A DNA stretch of 64,000 nt, from assembly GCF_965233445.1 (NCBI RefSeq), contig NZ_OZ247491.1. One strand, written 5' to 3'. Made by a program: the position numbers and the translations under genes. How positions within the stretch are numbered: the first letter of the stretch is position 1; each line of letters opens with the position of its first letter. This document shows positions 19,009 through 25,932 of this stretch, in pieces. The DNA comes from Hoeflea sp. GTDB taxonomy: Bacteria; Pseudomonadota; Alphaproteobacteria; Rhizobiales; Rhizobiaceae. The notes below the pieces were generated by a model. That model worked only from the letters and a program-made list of their open reading frames with translations, was not told the DNA's origin and made no database searches.

Positions 19009-19050
19009 TAAAGTAGATAAATAGGAAAATAATCCTAATTATATACGTGA
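19009..19050. repeat. Junction palindrome P1 (degenerate copy)
   Basis: TAAAGTAGATAAATAGGA-AAATAA-TCCTAATTATATACGTGA, with 4 mismatches to the consensus palindrome. Confidence 0.85.
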
Positions 19051-19259
19051 CAAAAGTGACCGATTCGGATAAACCATCTGGCGACAGGCCGGCAAACGAG
19101 ATTGAAGTTACCCCGGAGATGATCGAGGCGGGGGCGTTGTCTATGTCTGGTTATGATCCTGATTTCGACACGCTAGAGTCGATATCCCTTGAAATCTTCC
19201 GAGCAATGATCGTTGCTAGTCCAAAGGGATTTGTGGTTGATGTTCATCTTCTAGATTGA
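19047..19259 (+). CDS. Small protein with EIEVTPEMIEAG motif (U1 copy)
   Basis: Family motif plus ...LEIFRAM. GTG start with no obvious SD, so the start is uncertain. Confidence 0.4.
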   Translation: MTKVTDSDKPSGDRPANEIEVTPEMIEAGALSMSGYDPDFDTLESISLEIFRAMIVASPKGFVVDVHLLD

Positions 19260-19707
19260 AAAGCTCCGGACGCAAGGTGCACATGATCCCAGTTCGGTAA
19301 AGCTGTGCGGTCGCAACAAAACGATCCCTCGGCGCGAGAAGGGCGCGCCCCTGAAATCTAGGTTCTTGATGTCTATCAAGGAGGGTCAAGTGTTTGCATG
19401 TGTCGGCCACTTCGTTGGTGGCAAAGCTTATTGGTTTTCGCGAATGCGCGAATGTATTTCGGATGTGACGTATCAAGCTCAAGTCGTGCCTAGCCTGCTT
19501 ACCTATGAGGCCTAATGCATAGGCTAAATTGATCTTCGCGGAAAAGGTAGAAATAGGGCTATCTCCTATGAATATTTCACCTATTTCGGATTGAGTCAGC
19601 GGGACCATTTTTGACAAAATGAACTCTTTTAGATCATCTTCCAGGTGGGTCGATACGATGATTGCGGCGGCACGATCATCTGAGCGATCCAAATGCGACG
19701 GCTGCAT
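19216..19707 (-). CDS. HEPN-like protein (MtlR/DUF4145-like, IRNTFAH motif), U1 effector
   Basis: STHLEDDLKEFI..., STFSAKINLAYALGLIGKQARHDLSLIRHIRNTFAHS (R-x4-H). The ORF is open up to a GTG at 19848, so the start is uncertain. Confidence 0.5.
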   Translation of the reverse strand: MQPSHLDRSDDRAAAIIVSTHLEDDLKEFILSKMVPLTQSEIGEIFIGDSPISTFSAKINLAYALGLIGKQARHDLSLIRHIRNTFAHSRKPISFATNEVADTCKHLTLLDRHQEPRFQGRALLAPRDRFVATAQLYRTGIMCTLRPELFNLEDEHQPQIPLD

Positions 19708-19763
19708 AAGAGCATCAGCTACACTAGGCCGCTCTCGGCTAAGCCGCTTTAAGTTGGAGAGAT

Positions 19764-19949
19764 ATGTTGGATCACGAGACAAAGACGGCCCCCAATGAAA
19801 CGGAAAAGCGCCGCGATGACGCCTTGCGCCGCGCACTATCGACGCCACCGAAACCTAAACGGGAATCAAGCAAGGCGAAAGACGAGTCCAGTGACACCAA
19901 AAGAGCTAAACGACAGGATAAGGGCGTTCACCCATCGCGCGGGAACTGA
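19764..19949 (+). CDS. Small K/R-rich protein with ALRRALSTPPKPK motif ('TPP' family, U1 copy)
   Basis: Motif family member, divergent from the U1 effector. Confidence 0.4.
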   Translation: MLDHETKTAPNETEKRRDDALRRALSTPPKPKRESSKAKDESSDTKRAKRQDKGVHPSRGN

Positions 19950-20158
19950 GATTTCTCAAGAAGCCGGATCATGGCTTCGAGGGACTGACCATAATCACCC
20001 TGACGTTCTTCGTCAGACAGATCAGCGGCAACGTCCAACAGGTAGTCAATCAACTTCTCACGATTGATGACGCCCTGGTCAATTAGGGCCGCAATAACGG
20101 CCATGTTTGCGAAAAGCAGGCCGTATACTGGGCCCATATCTCTAAGGGGTTCCCTCAT
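19928..20158 (-). CDS. Hypothetical 76-aa protein (variable slot of U1)
   Basis: AAGGAAG SD 7 nt upstream of the ATG at 20158. No recognisable domain. Confidence 0.45.
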   Translation of the reverse strand: MREPLRDMGPVYGLLFANMAVIAALIDQGVINREKLIDYLLDVAADLSDEERQGDYGQSLEAMIRLLEKSQFPRDG

Positions 20159-20205
20159 CGCGACTCTTCCTTTTTCGAATCGCTAGGAGCTTACGCGCTT
20201 TCTGC

Positions 20206-21195
20206 TTAGGCGTAACTGGCTTGACCAGTTTGATTATAGGTCAACCGCTTGCCAGATGCGCCACGGATCGCATCTTCGGCCCGTTCACGGTCTGAAATTT
20301 TGAGCGCGGTACGGCGGTTATAGCGGAAATCGAATTCTGCCAGATAGCGGTGCAGGTGAGCCTCGCCGCAATGCTGATAGATACCGATCATGCCGCGCTT
20401 GAAGATGGAGAACACGTTCTCAATCGTGTTTGAGTGCACAACGGCATCGCCCTCACGGCGGGCATATTCCTTCGCGGAATGCCTGACAGTGCGGTGTGTA
20501 GCGTATTCCTCACCGGTCGCTGTGTAGAGGCGTGACTCGTCGGTGTAGAGGTTGGACTTGCGGTCAACGTTGCGGACCAGAACATCGCGGAGAATGTCCT
20601 TGGTGGCGTTCTGCACGAGGAACATGCGGGACTTGCCGCCACGCTCGACCAGACCGACAACGATACGCTTGTCCGCACCACCCGCCTTGCCCGACTTCGT
20701 AGGCTTGGCAATGCGGCCACGGGAAAGCTGACGAGGAGTTTCACGCTTACCGATGTAGGTTTCATCGGCTTCAACGGTCTTGCCTTCACCGCCAAGAGGA
20801 CCAGACGAGGCAACGTCCTCTTTCATGGCTTCGCGGATACGGTGAGCCATGAACCAAGCAGTCTTGTAGGTGACGCCAAGCATACGGTGTAGCTGGTGAG
20901 CGGACATGCCCTTCTTGGATGCTGCGAACAGGTGAAAAGCGAATACCCACTTCGACAGCGGAACCTTTGACCGCTCCATGACGGACCCCACGGTGACGGT
21001 GAACTGACCGCCACACTCATTGCAGTAGTAGAGGCCCTTACGGTGCGTCTGCTTCTTGCCTTCGACTTTCGCAATCTTGGACGCGTCAATGTTGCCGCAA
21101 TGCGGGCAGTTCGGGCCGTGGGGCCAACGAATAGCCTCAAGGTGCTCACGGGCTGCGTCTTCGTCGTGAAAGATAGGATCGTTGAAAGCGGTCAT
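20206..21195 (-). CDS. IS1595-family (ISXO2-like) DDE transposase with N-terminal zinc ribbon
   Basis: CPHCGN...YYCNECGGQF zinc ribbon. DDE-type residues lie in VEADETYIG, LYTDESRLY and HSNTIENVFS. AAGGAG SD upstream of the ATG at 21195. Confidence 0.85.
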   Translation of the reverse strand: MTAFNDPIFHDEDAAREHLEAIRWPHGPNCPHCGNIDASKIAKVEGKKQTHRKGLYYCNECGGQFTVTVGSVMERSKVPLSKWVFAFHLFAASKKGMSAHQLHRMLGVTYKTAWFMAHRIREAMKEDVASSGPLGGEGKTVEADETYIGKRETPRQLSRGRIAKPTKSGKAGGADKRIVVGLVERGGKSRMFLVQNATKDILRDVLVRNVDRKSNLYTDESRLYTATGEEYATHRTVRHSAKEYARREGDAVVHSNTIENVFSIFKRGMIGIYQHCGEAHLHRYLAEFDFRYNRRTALKISDRERAEDAIRGASGKRLTYNQTGQASYA

Positions 21196-21239
21196 TGGTT
21201 TAACTCCTTGACCTCTTTTCGCAAATGGCCCTACTTTTG

Positions 21240-21281
21240 TCAAGTATATAATTAGGAAAATAATCCTAATTATATACTTGA
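21240..21281. repeat. Junction palindrome P2 (perfect 42 bp)
   Basis: TCAAGTATATAATTAGGA-AAATAA-TCCTAATTATATACTTGA. Confidence 0.95.
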
Positions 21282-21294
21282 GAAAGCAAAAATC

Positions 21295-21564
21295 GTGACG
21301 TATGATTCGGGCCGACAGGCCGGCACGGAAAAGACCGAGGAAATTGAGATTACGCCGGAGATGATTCAGGCGGGGCTTTCGGCGTGGTCGGAGTGCGAAG
21401 CTATGCGCGTTGAACGGAGCGCCACTTTGAAGCTGATCTTTTGTAGGATGTGGCTTTTAATGGAGAGGAGCCCCGTTCTTTCTGATGACGAACCAGAAGG
21501 CTTTGAGGAATATGAGGCTAAAATCATTGCGGCTTGGAAAGCCGATGGCTACATCAAGGTCTGA
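21295..21564 (+). CDS. Small protein with EIEITPEMIQAG motif (U2 copy)
   Basis: Family motif. GTG start. The 3' end overlaps the 358-aa gene by 11 nt, convergently. Confidence 0.4.
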   Translation: MTYDSGRQAGTEKTEEIEITPEMIQAGLSAWSECEAMRVERSATLKLIFCRMWLLMERSPVLSDDEPEGFEEYEAKIIAAWKADGYIKV

Positions 21565-22630
21565 ATGTTTTTTCAAAGTCTGCGATAATTGCTGCGCTCA
21601 TACGGAGTAGCTGAGTGAGGGTTTTTACCACGTCGGAGCCGCCAAATGGGCGAAATCCGGTAGGGAATTTCGCTGCCGTTCCACCGGCTAATCGGCTCAA
21701 TTTATGCATCGGCTCCGAGCCTTTCCGGGCATAAAGTCTTGTACCCTCTTGAATAGGTATTATGACTTGAGGACCTAAGTATCCAATGCTTGGGGTGGGA
21801 GTGGATTGATCCAATTCTAGATAAGATTCAATAGATTTTACGACATCCAACTCATGATGGGAAACTACATAAGTAGGCAGGATGATTTTATGTTTGTCCG
21901 TAATATCAAGATCATGAAGGCCTCTAAGCTCCAAATTTCCATCGACCGAAACAGGGCGTAATTCCCTGATTTTTTGTACCATTTTTTTATTTAGTTTTTT
22001 GCAGTGGTCGTCAGCGAGAATCTTTTCCAGATGAGACATATCTTTCGCAAACGGCATTTTTAACTGTTTTGAGCTTTGGTTAGAAAGCCGCGCCAAATCT
22101 CCTATCAATATATCTAATGAGCTACGCAGATTGTGAGCTATGTCGCCGATTATTAAAGGGATCAACCCTGGTGCGGGCCCTCGAAAAGTTGCCCGCCACT
22201 CTATGGTATTGTCATCATAAGGGCCCACTTCAACTGGAATTATGGTGAGCCGTTCCCCGTATCGCCAGATCTCCTCAACAAGTTGCTCCAACAAGAGGTG
22301 AGCCCTCATAAGCTTCATATTCGGACCGACAAACGGCTTTACATTGCCACTGGAGTCAGTCTCAGGCGTCGGCATCCAAGAATGAATGAACATTTCCGGC
22401 GGGTTGCCCAATTCAGCAAACCGTGCCCTTCTAGACAGCTCTGATATTTCCCAAGATGCAAACGATAGCTGGTCGCTATCAAATTCAAAATATGACATCG
22501 TCTTGGTCTTAGATAGAAGTCCGAAGTAAACTTTGAGACCTTCTTCAGTATGGGCTACACAGTACCGGTGAAACTTTTCGACCGGTATCGCTTTTGAGAA
22601 TTCATCTAGTGGGTTAGATTCTGATTCCAT
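21554..22630 (-). CDS. Hypothetical 358-aa protein, U2 effector slot (no confident domain)
   Basis: Long ORF in the most AT-rich stretch of the window. Motifs IGDIAHNLRSSLDIL and LHDLDITDKHKII were noted but not assigned to a family. Confidence 0.6.
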   Translation of the reverse strand: MESESNPLDEFSKAIPVEKFHRYCVAHTEEGLKVYFGLLSKTKTMSYFEFDSDQLSFASWEISELSRRARFAELGNPPEMFIHSWMPTPETDSSGNVKPFVGPNMKLMRAHLLLEQLVEEIWRYGERLTIIPVEVGPYDDNTIEWRATFRGPAPGLIPLIIGDIAHNLRSSLDILIGDLARLSNQSSKQLKMPFAKDMSHLEKILADDHCKKLNKKMVQKIRELRPVSVDGNLELRGLHDLDITDKHKIILPTYVVSHHELDVVKSIESYLELDQSTPTPSIGYLGPQVIIPIQEGTRLYARKGSEPMHKLSRLAGGTAAKFPTGFRPFGGSDVVKTLTQLLRMSAAIIADFEKTFRP

Positions 22631-22781
22631 GCACAACACCGACGATCAAAAGTTCAATGAAACCCTCAAGCGGATGCTAAAGACGCCGCCGAAGCCGCAC
22701 GATAGCGACAACGGGAAGTCGAGTCACACGGAAAAAGCGAAGCCAACTAAAGCTTCGCCTTCCGTTTCCTCAAAGCGATGA
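22629..22781 (+). CDS. Small K/R-rich protein with LKRMLKTPPKPH motif ('TPP' family, U2 copy), 50 aa
   Basis: Hand translation gives MHNTDDQKFNETLKRMLKTPPKPHDSDNGKSSHTEKAKPTKASPSVSSKR. Its ATG shares CATG with the 358-aa gene start. Confidence 0.4.
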   Translation: MHNTDDQKFNETLKRMLKTPPKPHDSDNGKSSHTEKAKPTKASPSVSSKR

Positions 22782-22798
22782 CTCGTCTGATTTTTTGC

Positions 22799-23779
22799 TT
22801 AGGCGTAATTGGCTTCACCAATCCGCCGATAAGTCAGACGTTTGCCGTTGATGCGTGAAAGCAAATCGTCGTGTCGTTCGGTATCTGAGACCTTGAGCGC
22901 GGTACGACGGTTATAACGGAAATCGAACTCTGCCAGATAGCGGTGCAAGTGGGCTTCGCCGCAGTGCTGGTAAACGCCAACCATGCCGCGCTTGAAGATG
23001 GAGAACACGTTCTCAATTGTGTTTGAGTGCACGACTGCATCGCCCTCACGGCGGGCATATTCCTTCGCGGAATGCCTGATAGTGCGGTGAGTAGCGTATT
23101 CCTCACCGGTCGTGGTGTAGAGGCGCGACTCGTCGGTGTAGAGGTTGGACTTGCGGTCAACGTTGCGGACCAGAACATCGCGGAGAATGTCCTTGGTGGC
23201 GTTCTGCACGAGGAACATGCGGGACTTGCCGCCACGCTCCACAAGGCCCACGACGATACGCTTATCAGCACCACCGGCCTTGCCCGACTTGGTAGGCTTG
23301 GCAATGCGGCCACGGGAAAGTTGGCGAGGGGTTTCGCGCTTACCGATGTAGGTTTCATCGGCTTCAACGGTTTTGCCTTCGCCACCAAGAGGACCAGACG
23401 AGGCAACGTCCTCTTTCATTGCTTCGCGGATACGGTGAGCCATAAACCAAGCGGTCTTGTAGGTGACGCCAAGCATACGGTGCAGCTGGTGAGCGGACAT
23501 GCCCTTCTTGGATGAAGTCATCAAGAAAGTGGCGAGAAGCCATTTATTCAGCGCGATCTTAGAGCGTTCAAACACGGTGCCGACGGTAACGGAGAACTGC
23601 TTACGGCATTCCATGCAGTTGTAGAGGCCGGGGCGGTGAGCCTTGCCCTTCATCTCTGTGATGCGGGTCTGGTCGCAGTTGCCGCAATGAGGGCAAACAG
23701 GACCATTCGGCCACTGCATAGCCTCAAGATGTTCGCGGGCTGCGTCTTTGTCGGTGAAGATTTTGTCGTCAAGTTTCAT
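22799..23779 (-). CDS. IS1595-family (ISXO2-like) DDE transposase with N-terminal zinc ribbon
   Basis: Same domain motifs as 20206-21195. The central segment of about 125 aa is identical at the protein level. SD ACGGAG upstream. Confidence 0.85.
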   Translation of the reverse strand: MKLDDKIFTDKDAAREHLEAMQWPNGPVCPHCGNCDQTRITEMKGKAHRPGLYNCMECRKQFSVTVGTVFERSKIALNKWLLATFLMTSSKKGMSAHQLHRMLGVTYKTAWFMAHRIREAMKEDVASSGPLGGEGKTVEADETYIGKRETPRQLSRGRIAKPTKSGKAGGADKRIVVGLVERGGKSRMFLVQNATKDILRDVLVRNVDRKSNLYTDESRLYTTTGEEYATHRTIRHSAKEYARREGDAVVHSNTIENVFSIFKRGMVGVYQHCGEAHLHRYLAEFDFRYNRRTALKVSDTERHDDLLSRINGKRLTYRRIGEANYA

Positions 23780-23825
23780 AGGCTTCGCTCCGTTGTCCTT
23801 TTATAGGAAATCGGATCGTGCTTTG

Positions 23826-23867
23826 TCAAGTATATAATTAGGAAAATAATCCTAATTATATACTTGA
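23826..23867. repeat. Junction palindrome P3 (perfect 42 bp, 44 bp with the flanking G/C)
   Basis: Same sequence as P2. It lies between two divergent transposase genes. Confidence 0.95.
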
Positions 23868-23912
23868 CGTACCAGATCGGATTTGGCATAAAGGACTCAA
23901 GGAGTTAAGCCA

Positions 23913-24896
23913 ATGTTCGACCTGACCAACGAGATTTACCACGACGCCGACAAGGCCCGCGAGCATCTGGAAGCTATCCAGTGGCCGCACGGTCCTATCT
24001 GCCCGCATTGTGGCAACTGCGATCAGACGCGCATTACCAAGCTTGAAGGCGCTTCAACCCGTCCCGGCGTGTACAAGTGCAATGAATGCCGCAAGCCCTT
24101 CTCGGTCACTGTCGGCACTGTGTTTGAGCGCTCCAAGATCGGCCTGCACAAATGGGTTCTGGCAACGCACCTTCTGGCTTCATCCAAGAAGGGCATGTCC
24201 GCACACCAGCTGCACCGTATGCTTGGCGTCACCTACAAGACCGCTTGGTTTATGGCTCACCGTATCCGCGAAGCCATGAAAGAGGACGTTGCCTCGTCTG
24301 GTCCTCTTGGCGGCGAAGGCAAAACCGTTGAAGCCGACGAAACCTACATCGGAAAGCGCGAAACCCCTCGTCAGCTTTCCCGTGGCCGCATTGCCAAGCC
24401 TACGAAGTCGGGCAAGGCGGGCGGTGCGGACAAGCGTATCGTTGTCGGTCTGGTCGAGCGTGGCGGCAAGTCCCGCATGTTCCTCGTGCAGAACGCCACC
24501 AAGGACATTCTCCGCGATGTTCTGGTCCGCAACGCTGACCGCAATTCCAACCTCTACACCGACGAGTCGCGCCTCTACACCTCAGTTGGTGAGGAATACG
24601 CTACGCACCGCACTGTGAAGCATTCCCGCAAGGAATATGCCCGCCGTGAGGGCGATGCCGTGATTCACTCCAATACGATTGAAGGCGTCTTCTCAATCTT
24701 CAAGCGTGGCATGATCGGTATCTATCAGCATTGCGGCGAAGCTCACCTTCACCGCTACCTTGCTGAATTTGATTTCCGCTATAACCGCCGCTCGGCTCTC
24801 AAGGTTTCCGACCGTGAGCGCGCCGACATGCTGCTTGAAGCCATTCGCGGCAAGCGCCTGACCTATCGGCGGATTGGTGAAGCCAGTTACGCCTAA
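23913..24896 (+). CDS. IS1595-family (ISXO2-like) DDE transposase with N-terminal zinc ribbon
   Basis: CPHCGN...YKCNECRKPF, then VEADETYIG, LYTDESRLY and HSNTIEGVFS. AAGGAG SD upstream. Confidence 0.85.
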   Translation: MFDLTNEIYHDADKAREHLEAIQWPHGPICPHCGNCDQTRITKLEGASTRPGVYKCNECRKPFSVTVGTVFERSKIGLHKWVLATHLLASSKKGMSAHQLHRMLGVTYKTAWFMAHRIREAMKEDVASSGPLGGEGKTVEADETYIGKRETPRQLSRGRIAKPTKSGKAGGADKRIVVGLVERGGKSRMFLVQNATKDILRDVLVRNADRNSNLYTDESRLYTSVGEEYATHRTVKHSRKEYARREGDAVIHSNTIEGVFSIFKRGMIGIYQHCGEAHLHRYLAEFDFRYNRRSALKVSDRERADMLLEAIRGKRLTYRRIGEASYA

Positions 24897-25028
24897 GCAG
24901 AAGGCGCGAGCTATTCTCAGAAAACGCAAAAAGCGCTAGCTTATTTGCGGTTGTTGATTCGCCTCAGCCACACCTCTCAGGGTTATGCCTTAAGCCGGGC
25001 CACTGCCCGAGAAAGGAGGTGAGAGCGA

Positions 25029-25139
25029 ATGTCCAAGGCAACCAAAATCGGTCGAAGCGCGGTTACGGGGCGCTTTACAACGGTGAAAACCGCAGTGAAG
25101 CATCCCCGTACCCACATCGTGGAGACCCGTAAAAAGTAA
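25029..25139 (+). CDS. 36-aa protein MSKATKIGRSAVTGRFTTVKTAVKHPRTHIVETRKK (variable slot of U3)
   Basis: Very strong SD GAAAGGAGG 8 nt upstream. The S-A-x-TGRF...HP-x-T pattern resembles a widespread small-protein family (from memory). It is below the ORF-track cut-off. Confidence 0.5.
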   Translation: MSKATKIGRSAVTGRFTTVKTAVKHPRTHIVETRKK

Positions 25140-25145
25140 GCCAGC

Positions 25146-25316
25146 CTAGCTGTCTTCTTCCGGGCGGTGTTTCTGTGCAGGAGTGCCGCCCGGTTTCGTT
25201 TTCTGACCTGAATCGCTTGTGCGAGACTTGTGCCCCGGATCAGGCGGGGTTTTCAACAGGCGGCGCAATACCTCGTCGCCCTTTTCCTGGTCTTTGCTCA
25301 TGGATGATTCTGACAT
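25146..25316 (-). CDS. Small K/R-rich protein with VLRRLLKTPPDPG motif ('TPP' family, U3 copy), 56 aa
   Basis: Hand translation gives MSESSMSKDQEKGDEVLRRLLKTPPDPGHKSRTSDSGQKTKPGGTPAQKHRPEEDS. An in-frame TGA two codons upstream fixes the ORF's 5' limit. Confidence 0.45.
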   Translation of the reverse strand: MSESSMSKDQEKGDEVLRRLLKTPPDPGHKSRTSDSGQKTKPGGTPAQKHRPEEDS

Positions 25317-25932
25317 GCCTCAGCCCTTGTCTAAAGTCTGTCCCAATTGCTCGTACAGCATCGGCGCGACTGGTGCACCCGCGTTGCCCAGCCGCCCAGA
25401 ATTGGCAGCCCTTGCAATGGAGTCGATAGCCTCATGGTCGCACGTCGAAGCTGAATTGCTTAGAGTTTATATCCAGCTAATGGGAGGGAAAGATGACCGA
25501 GCGACCGTCGCTTACCTATCCCTTGAAACCCAAGGCGCAAAAACAAACGTCATATCTGCTGTTGCCAAATCCTTCTTGGGGAAAGACGAACTCTCGGTTC
25601 TTAACGCAATTCTGCGATTAGCAAAGACGAACCAAAAGCATAGGGACAAATTAGCGCATTGGATTTGGGGAATATGCCCGGATCTGCCAGACGCCATCCT
25701 TTTGGCAAACCCGAAAAACATGAAATCCGGTTACCCCGACCCCTCAGAGGTGTTCGTTTACAAAGCGAAAGATTTCACCCAAATCATTGAAGCAAACAAA
25801 CGGCTTGCCTCACTAGCAGGGGGACTCATACTCGCGCTTTTTCCCCCTTCTGATTGGCCACACAAGCTCTCACCACTTGAGTTGCTATGTAAGGCACCTG
25901 AGCTTCGAGAAATCCTAAGTCATCAGGCTTAG
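25315..25932 (+). CDS. HEPN-like protein (R-x4-H motif), U3 effector
   Basis: IASWSHVEAE helix and HRDKLAHWIWG (R-DKLA-H). An alternative start at Met35 (25417) is possible. Confidence 0.5.
   Translation: MPQPLSKVCPNCSYSIGATGAPALPSRPELAALAMESIASWSHVEAELLRVYIQLMGGKDDRATVAYLSLETQGAKTNVISAVAKSFLGKDELSVLNAILRLAKTNQKHRDKLAHWIWGICPDLPDAILLANPKNMKSGYPDPSEVFVYKAKDFTQIIEANKRLASLAGGLILALFPPSDWPHKLSPLELLCKAPELREILSHQA

Larger units (their letters stand above)
17334..19026 (+). mobile_element. Unit U0: 5'-truncated IS1595-family cargo element
   Basis: It holds a transposase remnant plus the same cargo layout as U3. The right end is a degenerate copy of the terminal repeat (19009-19026). Confidence 0.6.
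19033..21257 (-). mobile_element. Unit U1: IS1595-family element with cargo genes
   Basis: Terminal inverted repeats are TCCTAATTATATACGTGACAAAAGTG (left) and TCCTAATTATATACTTGACAAAAGTA (right, reverse complement). Flanked by AAATAA on both sides. Confidence 0.65.
21264..23843 (-). mobile_element. Unit U2: IS1595-family element with cargo genes
   Basis: Terminal inverted repeats are TCCTAATTATATACTTGAGAAAGCA and TCCTAATTATATACTTGACAAAGCA (25 nt, 1 mismatch). Flanked by AAATAA on both sides. Confidence 0.65.

Noticed and set aside
20388-24618. Same-strand alternative-frame ORFs inside all three transposase genes (20388-20813, 22834-23406, 24289-24618; MPRLVLLA.KA.PLKP...)
   Set aside because: They are open in all copies only because the underlying frame is extremely conserved. 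The silent changes of the transposase frame cause many substitutions in this frame. The composition is Ser/Pro/Ala/Thr/Arg-rich and not protein-like.
24693-24929. 78-aa minus-strand ORF across the 3' end of the transposase gene at 23913-24896
   Set aside because: It is antisense to a well-supported gene, has no SD, and has no counterpart in the other copies.
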